A DNA stretch of 64,000 nt from an uncultured Gemmatimonadales bacterium (GTDB lineage: Bacteria > Gemmatimonadota > Gemmatimonadetes > Gemmatimonadales > GWC2-71-9). The stretch lies in assembly GCA_963779755.1 (NCBI GenBank), contig CAVZZO010000003.1, forward strand, positions 1,408,001 to 1,472,000. The letters run 5' to 3'. The position numbers and the translations under genes were made by a program. This document shows, piece by piece, positions 34,985 to 44,290 of the stretch. The notes beneath the pieces were generated by a model. It was not told the DNA's origin. It did not search any database and saw nothing but the letters and a program-made list of their open reading frames with translations. Every line of letters starts with the position of its first letter. Positions within the stretch are counted from its first letter, which is position 1.

Positions 34985-36238
34985 CTACCGCCCTCGCCGG
35001 ATCTTCCTCCGGTAGCCCTCCGCCACCCTGGACTCGGCGACGCTCATGGCCAGGTGGTACTTCCGGTCCGAGGCGGACCAGCCCTCCTGTTCCTGGCGGA
35101 GCGCTTCGGTTTCCAGGTCCTCGCGCATCTCCTGCAGCGCGGCGTCACCAGGCGCGGCTTGGGCGATACGGGTCGCCATCTCCCGCAGGCAGCGTACCGC
35201 GCCATCGGCGTCACCGCGATCGGCATGGGCCACCGCCTCGGCGCGGGCACGGGCCACCTCGAAGCGCAGGAAGGTATGCTCCACCGTGGGCTCCAGGTGA
35301 TCCTCGCCATCCAGGTTTGCGGCGACGGGAAAGGTCAGCGTGGCCTGCTCGATTCCCTGTTCCGTCACCCGGTCGTAGCGGATCCTGAGGCCGGCCAGTT
35401 GGACCGGCCCCAGCTGCGATACGTCTTCCACGTGCAGCCGGAACGCGAGCGCCAAGGGCGAGGTGGCGTAGAGATCGCCCAGCAGCACCCGCCAGTCGCC
35501 GGCCGCGGTGTGCTCCACCGGATAGTCCTGCAGCAGCGTCATGCCGGATACCCGCCGGTGGGCGGGGTGGATCGTGGCCTCCACATTCTGCGCCGCCAGG
35601 GCCACCAGGCCTTCGATCTCTTCCTCGAAGATCCCGGCCATCTGGTCGGTCGTCTCCACGTACCAGGAGTTCCCCCGGCCGGCCCGGGCCATGGCGGCGA
35701 GGAGATCCTCGTTGAACTGCGGCCCGAAGCCGATGCAGGTGGTGGAGATCCGCTGCTCTGCGGCGCCTCCTGCCATGCCCTCCAGCCGAGCCGGATCGGC
35801 GATGCCGCGGTTGGCCAGCCCGTCGGTGAGCAGGACCACCCGGTTGGTGCCGTCCACCAGCCCGCTGCCGACCAGCCGCTGCCCCATGAGCCAGCCGCCG
35901 GAGAGGTTGGTGCAGCCGCCGGACTGGATGCGCTCGATCGCCTCCAGGGCGGTGGGGCTGCCGCCGGGGAGGGGGCCATAGACCACCGACACATCATCGT
36001 CGAAGGTGACGAGACTCAGGCGGTCGGCCGGGCCCAGGAAGCTCACGAACCGCCGGGCGGCCTCTTTGGCGGCGGCCAGGGGCGCGCCGTCCATGGAGCC
36101 GGAGCGGTCGAGCACCAGGGCCACGTTGATGGGCGGCCGCCGGAGCGGCGACTCGCCGGTGAGGGTGACCAGGACGCCCACCTGATGGGCGTTCTGGGTG
36201 GTGAGGACGCGGGTGGAGAGGCGGATGTCGTGTTTCAT
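34985..36238 (-). CDS. VWA-domain protein (YfbK/Ca-activated chloride channel homologue family)
   Basis: MIDAS LVLDRSGSM, GCTNLSGG, VVLLTDGLAN, GFGPQFNEDLL. Confidence 0.9.
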   Translation of the reverse strand: MKHDIRLSTRVLTTQNAHQVGVLVTLTGESPLRRPPINVALVLDRSGSMDGAPLAAAKEAARRFVSFLGPADRLSLVTFDDDVSVVYGPLPGGSPTALEAIERIQSGGCTNLSGGWLMGQRLVGSGLVDGTNRVVLLTDGLANRGIADPARLEGMAGGAAEQRISTTCIGFGPQFNEDLLAAMARAGRGNSWYVETTDQMAGIFEEEIEGLVALAAQNVEATIHPAHRRVSGMTLLQDYPVEHTAAGDWRVLLGDLYATSPLALAFRLHVEDVSQLGPVQLAGLRIRYDRVTEQGIEQATLTFPVAANLDGEDHLEPTVEHTFLRFEVARARAEAVAHADRGDADGAVRCLREMATRIAQAAPGDAALQEMREDLETEALRQEQEGWSASDRKYHLAMSVAESRVAEGYRRKIRRGR

Positions 36239-36292
36239 AGAGGCTCCCGGTGTAAGGGGAGCCATTAAGGTGTGGGAGGGGTGGGACAGTTG

Positions 36293-36500
36293 GACCTAAC
36301 CCCCTGTCCCCCTTCCCTGATGGGAAGGGGGAACCGGATCTCATCATCGACTTGTGATTGCGGGCCCGCGCAGCGGGCGAAGCAATCCCCAAGGTGGGCT
36401 GTCACCCTGGGGCCGCGCAGCGGCCGAAGGGGCCGAAGCCGATCGCATGATTCCGGCCGACCTAACCCCCTGTCCCCCTTCCCTGATGGGAAGGGGAAAC
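36293..36500 (+). repeat. Composite array A-C-B-A
   Basis: A at 36295 and 36461. Confidence 0.92.
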
Positions 36501-36545
36501 CGGGAGAACAGGCCGACGCCTTCGTGGAGACGGGAGCGGGGCGTT

Positions 36546-37169
36546 TTACAGTTCCGCGCCCCAGTGCCGCAGGATGGACCTGCCGAGCGCCTTGTAGTCA
36601 GCGTAGCACGTGAGGTAACCCTCATTGCGCATCCATCCCCTGAATTGCCGCAGGGAACTGAATATCCCATACCAGGTGGTGATCGTTCCCGGGCCCCCGC
36701 GGATGCCAAAACCCAGCACGGCTTCTCGCCCGTCGCTGCTCTGGATCGGGAGGACGGCGCAGGCAGGCACGGCATCCGAATCCATGTCGATCTCTTCCTC
36801 GAAGTAGCGTTTCGCCTGCTTATCCAGATACTCCAGGCGCTGTTGGTCGGTGATTTCCGTCCTGGACGGCAGGCCGGCTGCTTCGATGACCTCCTCATCG
36901 CTCCGCCAGTCGCACAGAAATTCGGGGCGCGACGCGTTGAAGTGCCCGGGCGGGGTCTGGCTGATCGCCTCGCCCAGGCAGTCGTGTTCGCTCTCGTGCT
37001 CTTCGTACCAGCGGGTCAGCTGCTCATACGCCGGACTGGCCTCCGGGAAGGCGGCCAGCTCCGGATCTTCCAGCAGGGTATCTATCCATACCTGGGGCTC
37101 GGCCGGCGGGCGCTGCGGCTCCAGATCCTGCTCCTCGTCATCTTCCCAGCCCGGATGCCAGCGGGACAT
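36546..37169 (-). CDS. Hypothetical acidic protein
   Basis: GGAG 7 nt before the ATG; protein-like composition; no recognised motif. Confidence 0.7.
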   Translation of the reverse strand: MSRWHPGWEDDEEQDLEPQRPPAEPQVWIDTLLEDPELAAFPEASPAYEQLTRWYEEHESEHDCLGEAISQTPPGHFNASRPEFLCDWRSDEEVIEAAGLPSRTEITDQQRLEYLDKQAKRYFEEEIDMDSDAVPACAVLPIQSSDGREAVLGFGIRGGPGTITTWYGIFSSLRQFRGWMRNEGYLTCYADYKALGRSILRHWGAEL

Positions 37170-37378
37170 CGGCGTTCTCCAATTGAAGGTCAAAGAGTGT
37201 TCAAGCACATCACCGGCCCGGATCAGTGGCTATACCCTGGTGATGCCAGGGGCGGGGCCGAATCCGTTTCCAAGGCCTGGAACAGCTCCGAGCCGCGTTT
37301 GGAACAGGTGCATGGAGAGATCCGGCATGTCCGGGAAGGGCACGAGTCAGAGACCTGGCAGGACAGCGCCGATGAAGC

Positions 37379-37443
37379 CTTCGCGCATGGTTCCGGCTAC
37401 CAGGAGTGGCTGCCGGCCGGCATTGCCACCGTGCGCTCCCCTG
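37379..37443 (+). other. Duplicated structured non-coding element, copy 1
   Basis: CTTCGCGCATGGTTCCGGC-N-GCCGGCCGGCATTGCCACCGTGCGCTCCCCTG; identical to 38447-38510 except the inner hairpin. Confidence 0.7.
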
Positions 37444-37470
37444 GGGGGCCGTGCCCGCATGGCTCGAGCC

Positions 37471-38316
37471 TCAGTACTCCCTGCTCACCAGCACATCGAG
37501 CCTGACACTTAGAATCTGCGCCGCCCGGCGGACAAGATCGCGTGGGAAGAGGGTTCGCTGGCTCATGACCCCGTGCGGAGTCATTCGGATCCAGCTGCGG
37601 ATTTCCGGGGATACCAGTCGTGAATAGCGGGCGTCGAGTGTCACCCGCCGGCAGTGGCCGCGCCCTTTGAGCCGCCAATCGCCGCCCAGTTCCTGCTCGG
37701 CCCGGACGAAGGCGACGACGACATCCGCGGTCCGCAGGCCGTGAGAGGTGTAGCCACGCTTCGGGCGGTGCCGGATGGGACGCGTCCGGCAAGCAGGCCC
37801 TCCGGCCGGAGGCCCCTGATCCGGGCGCCCGGTGCCGCGCGCAGGGGGGTATCCCGCGAGAGCCCTTCTCCCCAGCAGGCGCCGGCCGCGGGAGCGATAG
37901 AGCAGATCGAGGTTGAGCAGTGTCACCTCGTTCCAGCCGGTTCGCTCCTGCCCCGATTGCTGCTGCACGGCAAGGGAGCGGAGATAACAGGTCTCCGCGT
38001 CCTCCTGATTTCCCATACAGTGATGGGTGTAGCCGAGCCGGTCCCAGGCGAATGCAACCCGCCGCTCGGCGCCAAGGGATGAGGTATAGAGGCACATGGC
38101 GGCATGAAAGCAGCGCCGGGCCACAAAGAAGTTGGGGGAGCCGGAGCGGATTTGAGCGATGCCCACCGCCATGAGGCGCTCGGCCCGGCGGAACTCGCGC
38201 TCCCGGCCATCGCGAATCTCCCCGCCACGAGGCGGGCCGTTCCACGAGGTGATGACCTCGCCATCCGGGCGGCGGTGGGCGGGCGCAGCAAAGATTTCGG
38301 GCACCTGTTCACTCAT
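37471..38316 (-). CDS. Hypothetical protein: TPR-like N-region plus an uncharacterised C-domain
   Basis: VAFAWDRLGYTHHCMGNQEDAETCYLRSLAV is TPR-like; the C-terminal 27 aa are conserved in the remnant at 44141. Confidence 0.6.
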   Translation of the reverse strand: MSEQVPEIFAAPAHRRPDGEVITSWNGPPRGGEIRDGREREFRRAERLMAVGIAQIRSGSPNFFVARRCFHAAMCLYTSSLGAERRVAFAWDRLGYTHHCMGNQEDAETCYLRSLAVQQQSGQERTGWNEVTLLNLDLLYRSRGRRLLGRRALAGYPPARGTGRPDQGPPAGGPACRTRPIRHRPKRGYTSHGLRTADVVVAFVRAEQELGGDWRLKGRGHCRRVTLDARYSRLVSPEIRSWIRMTPHGVMSQRTLFPRDLVRRAAQILSVRLDVLVSREY

Positions 38317-38446
38317 GGTGCCACCCCTGGGCCGGCATGAGCGCGGCCACGGCATGAGACTCCCTGCCTAACGGGGCTGGTAGGGTGAACGCAGGGGAAA
38401 CGGTATCTGGATCTTCCGGCATGGCCCGACCCTTTCGAAGATGGTT

Positions 38447-38510
38447 CTTCGCGCATGGTTCCGGCCTCCCGGGAGGAGGCCGGCCGGCATTGCCACCGTG
38501 CGCTCCCCTG
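38447..38510 (+). other. Duplicated structured non-coding element, copy 2
   Basis: Same as 37379-37443; inner stem CCGGCCTCC/GGAGGCCGG. Confidence 0.7.
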
Positions 38511-38797
38511 CAGGGACCAGGGCGACGGTTGGCGGACGGGTCAGCGAGCCGGTGCTCTCGCCGTCCTCTTCATGGCTCCCGGCAGATTATGGCCGGGGTG
38601 TGACAGTTCTGCAAAGCAAAGCGGCCCGCGCATATCATCGCGGGCCGCCGGCCGCGACTTAGATGGATGTTACCGGATTGCTCCGGCCGCGCGGCCCATC
38701 AAATCGGGGAAAGCACCGCACGTGGATAAAAGGATTTAGCTCGCGGTGGACTCTGGCGCAACCCTGGGTGGCAGGACGGAGCGTCAGGCTAAGGGCT

Positions 38798-39860
38798 ATC
38801 ATTGCGAGGCGCCGCAGCGGGCGAGGCAATCTACCCGAGGTGCGCACGCTGTCACCCTGAGGCCGCGCAGCGGCCGAAGGGACCGAAGCCAATCGCATGA
38901 TTCCGGCCGACCTAACCCCCTGTCCCCCTTCCCTGCCGGGAAGGGGGAACCGGGACCGTGAGATCCGGCCTGCTCGCGCCTGCCGTCTTGCCTGACCTAA
39001 CCCCCTGTCCCCCTTCCCTGCCGGGAAGGGGGAACCGGGACCGTGAGATCCGGCCTGCTCGCGCCTGCCGTCTTGCCTGACCTAACCCCCTGTCCCCCTT
39101 CCCTGTCGGGAAGGGGGAACCGGGACCGTGAGATCCGGCCTGCTCGCGCCTGCCGTCTTGCCTGACCTAACCCCCTGTCCCCCTTCCCTGTCGGGAAGGG
39201 GGAACGGTTTCTTGAGATCCGCTGTCATCGCGAGGCGGCGCAGCCGCCGAGGCAATCTCCCGAGGTGCGCACGCTGTCACCCTGAGGCCGCGCAGCGGCC
39301 GAAGGGACCGAAGCCAATCGCATGATTCCGGCCGACCTAACCCCCTGTCCCCCTTCCCTGTCGGGAAGGGGGAACGGTTTCTTGAGATCCGCTGTCATCG
39401 CGAGGCGGCGCAGCCGCCGAGGCAATCTCCCGAGGTGCGCACGCTGTCACCCTGAGGCCGCGCAGCGGCCGAAGGGACCGAAGCCAATCGCATGATTCCG
39501 GCCGACCTAACCCCCTGTCCCCCTTCCCTGCCGGGAAGGGGGAACCGGGACCGTGAGATCCGGCCTGCTCGCGAGGCGGCGCAGCCGCCGAGGCAATCTC
39601 CCGAGGTGCGCACGCTGTCACCCTGAGGCCGCGCAGCGGCCGAAGGGGCCGAAGCCGATCGCATGATTCCGGCTGACCTAACCCCTGTCCCCCTTCCCTG
39701 ATGGGAAGGGGGAATGGTCCCTTGAGATCCGCTGTCATTGCGAGGCGGCGCCAGCGGCCGAAGCAATCCCCATGCTACCGGCTGGGAGTTACGCCACCGC
39801 TCACTGCTCACCGTCCTCCCTTTCCCCTGTCCCCGCTCCACTTGGTGGAGAAGGGGAAGG
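38798..39860 (+). repeat. Composite array with 85-bp and 170-bp periods (7 x A, B, C, A')
   Basis: A at 38911, 38996, 39081, 39166, 39336, 39506 and 39677. Confidence 0.96.
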
Positions 39861-39961
39861 ACGATTCGTCGCGCGTTTTTTTGATACCAAATTGGACAGC
39901 GGGCGGCCGCAGATTGGGCCATGGTCCACCCTTGCGCGCCTTTCGCCGAGGCATCAATCAT

Positions 39962-40510
39962 ATGGGCATGGCTTCACCGGCATATTACAGCGCGGAAATG
40001 GTCCGGGCACTGCCCGAGGACGGCAACAAGTACGAGGTCGTCCACGGGGAGTTGCTGGTGACCCCGTCGCCGCGACCACTCCACGAGCTGGTCCAGAACC
40101 GACTGCTGCTGGTGCTGGGCACCTACCTCGAGCGGGAGGACGTCGGCGTCCTCCTCGGCCCCAAAGGTGACATCTCCTGGGGGCCGGACATTCTGGTCCA
40201 GCCCGATCTGTTCGTCGTCCCCAAGCCGGAGTTCCGCACGCTCACCTGGGAGGGGATGAAGACGCTGCTCCTCGCGGTCGAGGTCCTGAGCCCTTCCACC
40301 GCACGCTATGACCGGTTCACCAAGCGCAGGCTGTTTCAGGAAGTGGGTGTGCCCCTCTACTGGATCGTGGATCCGGACGGGGGCCAGGTGGAAATCTGGA
40401 CCCCGGAGGCAACGTTCCCCGTGATCGAGCGGGAACGGCTGCGCTGGATGCCGGAGGGGGCAGAGATGCCGTGCGAGGTGGAGCTGGGATGGGTGTTTCG
40501 GGCGGTGTGA
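39962..40510 (+). CDS. Uma2-family protein, copy 2
   Basis: 182 aa; 24 substitutions against copy 1 by manual comparison. Confidence 0.93.
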   Translation: MGMASPAYYSAEMVRALPEDGNKYEVVHGELLVTPSPRPLHELVQNRLLLVLGTYLEREDVGVLLGPKGDISWGPDILVQPDLFVVPKPEFRTLTWEGMKTLLLAVEVLSPSTARYDRFTKRRLFQEVGVPLYWIVDPDGGQVEIWTPEATFPVIERERLRWMPEGAEMPCEVELGWVFRAV

Positions 40511-40546
40511 CGGCAGGCCGGGGCAGGCCGGGGCGGGACAGAATGT

Positions 40547-40920
40547 CGCGCGCTGTCACCCTGTGCGAGAGCGAAGGGGTCGAAGCCCGACCTAGCACTC
40601 TGTCATTGCGAGGCGGCCGCAGGCGCCGAAGTACCTAACCCCCTGTCCCCCTTCCCTATTGGGAAGGGGGGACCGGGCCTTGAGGTTCGATTGTCGTGGA
40701 GCCTTCCCGCGCTGTCATTGCGAGGCGGCCGCAGGCGCCGAAGTACCTAACCCCCTGTCCCCCTTCCCTATTGGGAAGGGGGGACCGGGCCTTGAGGTAT
40801 GCGGTCATTGCGAGGCAGCGCAGCCGCCGGGTGAAAGAGGTGGGGGCGAGGGAGTTCAGGTTGGGGGCTTCTCGCTGAACCGATTGTCACCCTGAGCGAT
40901 AGCGAAGGGACCGAAGCCGT
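40547..40920 (+). repeat. Composite array B-C-A-C-A-C-B
   Basis: A near 40635 and 40746. Confidence 0.9.
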
Positions 40921-40922
40921 CC

Positions 40923-42824
40923 CTAGGACAGACCACCAACCAACCGCTTCCAGTACTCCAGAATCAGCACCATGCTCAGCGTATCCAGCTTGCAGTACTG
41001 CCTGAGAAGGCGGCTCCAGCCCGCCCTGGCCGCCGGGTCCCGGCTGGACTCCCCGTACATCATCTCCTGATACCCCCGCATGGCCCCGGTGCCTTCATGG
41101 ATGTCCTGGAGGACGCCATGGATCATAACCGGCGGGAGGGCCGAGTAGGGGTCCTGCTCCGGATCCCCAACCAGACCGGTCCAGGCCTCGAACTGCTGCC
41201 GCAGGGCTTCGTCCGTCCTCCAGAGCGCGTCCAGCACGGCCTTGATTGACGCGCTCCCCCGCATGCCGGGGTGGTAGAACCCGTCCTTGCAGCAGGCGTG
41301 CATGTCCTGGATCCGGTTCTCGAAGACATCCTCCAGCCACTCGACCAGCTCCGGAACCTCCCGCCCGAACTGCTCCAGGTCCCGGACGATCTCCTTCAGC
41401 ACGCTGGCTTCGTAGTGCGACCAGGTCAGCACCGGTCCCGTGTCCCCGATGGCCGACCGCAGCGACTCGGCGAAGAGCTGGTTGGGCCATAGCTCGGAGT
41501 CGTTGAGCCATTCCTGGTGTCCGCGGTCCGCGCCCAGTCATCCGGACCGTAGTGGACGCTCCACTGGAAGGTGACCAGGCCATAGGGCCGCATCCCGGCA
41601 TGGTAGGGGAGGGCGAGCCGGGAGGTCTCGAAATCAATGAAGTAAGTGGCCCCCTGCAGGCTCTCGATCCGCGGCAGGAGGCCAGGGCCGAGCATAAATG
41701 CTGTTATCGCGGGTACAGCTGATCTGGCGGCGCTGGCGTTCGGCGATCCGCGCCCACGGTGCCGTCGGCCCGGGCCAGCCCATCCTCCGGGATGTCGAGC
41801 AGGCTGGACTTGCCATGCTGGAGCATCCAGGGCACGAGGTTGCTTCGATCCGGCGCCCTGGCGCTCCCGACCTTGTACAGTTCCAGCATGTGAGGCCGAG
41901 TGTCCGCGTAGGGGCCCCAGCAATCCCGGAAACCGTCCTTGGTCCTCGGCCGGCGCGTTGAATTCGCAGCTCTTGCACTGCGAGCCGAGCTCGCACCTGC
42001 TCCCGGTGGACGGCCAGCGGCTGCGTCCAGGAGGGATTCGTACAGGGCCGCGGCGTCTTCCACCTCGTCCCGCAGCAGATCCACTTCTTGCGAAACGTCC
42101 ACCTCCGTCACCAGGTCCAGCTGCGCGAGTTGCTCCCCGGTTCCGATGTACTGGCCGGTATGGAGCCGGCTGGACCCATCCGGCGGCACCTGGTGGACCA
42201 GCTGGAAGAGCCGTGGAGCCTGGTCCAGGGCGGTACGCTTGCTCTTGTCCACCAGAGCCAGTACCGGCTGGACGGTAACGCCCGGAAGGACCTTCTCCAG
42301 CAGGAGCGCCTGATAGGTGATGTCCTCCAGTTTTTCCCGCCATTCCGATCGAATGCTGGAGCCTTTCTTGGTACGGAAGCAGCCGGCGGCCTCTTCCAAA
42401 AGGAGCTGGTGCTCGGCGCCGTCGAATGACTTCGCCTTGACCTCAACGAGTCGGACGATATTACCGCGCCTCTCCAGGATATCCACCCGGGCGAGCCGCC
42501 TGCCGACCAGCAGCGTAGCTTCGAACAGGGTGACCTCCGGCCGCTTCAAGCAGCTCGCGGGTGCGCTCGAAGTCCGCCTGCGGATCGCGCCCGTATTCGA
42601 GTGCTATCCCTTCGGGGATACCTGGCCTTGGCCAACGCCTCGACCATGTAGCCGCCCTCGGCCAGGAGGCCGAGGTAGGGGTCGGACTCCCGGTTATCGG
42701 GGTAGCCGTTCTCCCGGTAGTAGAGCTTGGCGTCGCAGGTGCGAGCCAGCTTGAAGTCGGATTTGGAGAGGGTACGCAGCCGAACCGGCCCTTCCAGGGG
42801 TGGATCACGCGGGATAGACAGCAT
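40923..42824 (-). pseudogene. DUF2779-domain protein (N-terminal RecB-like nuclease plus RNase H-like domain), multiply frameshifted
   Basis: Fragments LSKSDFKLARTC, ARVDIL...LVEVKAKS, YFIDFETSRLALPY...FQWSVH, WSHYE, GSASIKAVL, LRQYCKLDTLSMV in different frames; AGGAGAGG RBS. Confidence 0.8.
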
Positions 42825-42899
42825 CTTTCAATCCTCTCCTGGCGGCGCCAGGTGACGGGTGCTGGCTCCCATTGGAGGCAGACAGGCTTGAACCGGCCA

Positions 42900-44057
42900 T
42901 CATCCTGACCGGCTCAAGCTGGCCCAAAGGTGTGACAATTCCACCAGCACCCCCTCGCACCCCACCCCCGCCAACCGGTTCCGCCACCCGGTCGCAGCCT
43001 TCCGGTCCACCCGCCGCTCGTGGGTGCCGGGATTGCGGACCTCCTGCACGAAGCGATCCAGAATGGCCGGATACTGGGCCGCGAACCACCTGCCGTTCTT
43101 GGACGCGCCGGTGAGGAACCTGGCTCGGGCTTCGTCGCCGCCAAGAACGCGGGGGAGCTGCCCCAGCGTCAGCCTCTGCCGCCGCAGGTCTCTGCTCACC
43201 CCCTCCAGGTTCTCCCAGGCGAGCTCCTCCGAGGCCTTCTTGAGGAGTATCCGTAAGATCCGGTTGGTCTCCAGTTCCAGCGCCTTGGCGTAGCCGCCCA
43301 TCACCGACTGGAAATCGAAGCTTTCGTCGTTCCGGTGGTCGCGGAAGACTTTCTCGGCCGTGGCCAGGAAGGCCCTGGTAGCGGGATCAAGCGCGGCCCA
43401 GACCTGTTCCCCAAACAGGTTCTCCCGCAGCTCCCGCAGCATCGCCCCTGCCCCGCCGGCCTCGGCATCGAACTCGGCCCAAAGCCGGTCGCCGATGATG
43501 GCGTCGCGACTCTCCTCATCGAAGAATCGGGTCTCGTCCTCCCGGGTCACCACCAGGGGCAGGTCCACCATGCCGCCATAGAGGGACACCGGGCGATCGT
43601 TGTAGTGCACATTCCGGAGCCGCTTCAACTCGGCGATCACCGCCAGAGTGTCGTCCTGGGCCAGCCGGCGGATGTCCAGCAGCTTGAACCAGCAATCGCA
43701 CCGCAGCGATTGGTGACGGTAGTAGTCCGGGACGTGGGCGGGGTCGGCCTGGCTCACGTCTTCAACCGTGATCCGGTCCACGTGGCCGACGTACAGGGAC
43801 CGATAGTCGGTCAGATAGAGATGAACCTCGCGATCGGGGTTCTCCGACAACTCGGCCTCGAGCTGTTGGAGGTCCTCGGGGTGCTCCAGCGGCTGCTGGC
43901 GATTGGGCGAGCGGACCTTACCCCACCAGACGTAGATCTCGTCCGGATCTTCCTGGTCTCTCGCCCTGCCGAGGAGGATGGCGAGATGCTCCTCCATGGC
44001 GTTGGTGGCGTAGGAGGGGTTCCAGACGGCGACGAGGTGGCGGGATGTGTTGGGCGT
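42900..44057 (-). CDS. HP0729-like protein: putative PUA/SRA-like N-domain plus HEPN-like C-domain (5' end uncertain)
   Basis: Frame stays open upstream of ATG 43997 (RHLVAVWNPSY); YVWWGKVRS, LYLTDYRSLY, PDYY, SLYGG; C-terminal YAKALE...RNPGTH. Confidence 0.7.
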   Translation of the reverse strand, partial: TPNTSRHLVAVWNPSYATNAMEEHLAILLGRARDQEDPDEIYVWWGKVRSPNRQQPLEHPEDLQQLEAELSENPDREVHLYLTDYRSLYVGHVDRITVEDVSQADPAHVPDYYRHQSLRCDCWFKLLDIRRLAQDDTLAVIAELKRLRNVHYNDRPVSLYGGMVDLPLVVTREDETRFFDEESRDAIIGDRLWAEFDAEAGGAGAMLRELRENLFGEQVWAALDPATRAFLATAEKVFRDHRNDESFDFQSVMGGYAKALELETNRILRILLKKASEELAWENLEGVSRDLRRQRLTLGQLPRVLGGDEARARFLTGASKNGRWFAAQYPAILDRFVQEVRNPGTHERRVDRKAATGWRNRLAGVGCEGVLVELSHLWASLSRSG

Positions 44058-44140
44058 GGATCCCTGTCCGGAAATGGGGGGCAGGGCTAACCTATCCCTG
44101 GGGCTCGGGGCCGCAAGGGGGTGCGGAGGTCATTCGAACC

Positions 44141-44270
44141 TCAGTACTCCCTGCTCACCAGGACCTCGAGTCTGACACCCAGGATCTGTGCCGCCCTGAG
44201 GACAAGGTTGCGCGGGAAGATGGTTAGACGACTTCCGACCCATTCGGAGTCCTACGGGTCCAGAAGTGGG
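44141..44270 (-). pseudogene. C-terminal remnant of a paralogue of the 37471-38316 gene
   Basis: TIFPRNLVLRAAQILGVRLEVLVSREY* versus TLFPRDLVRRAAQILSVRLDVLVSREY* (22/27 identical). Confidence 0.8.
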
Positions 44271-44290
44271 CTCAGGCCTTTCGTGAGAAG

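Noticed and set aside
38621..38648. Perfect 10-bp hairpin GCGGCCCGCG-N8-CGCGGGCCGC as a terminator
   Set aside because: It has no clear U-tract, no adjacent gene end and only one copy, so a function cannot be supported.
22234..40920. Integron cassette array
   Set aside because: No intI is present, the repeats lack GTTRRRY/RYYYAAC ends, and the genes lie in both orientations with their own promoters.
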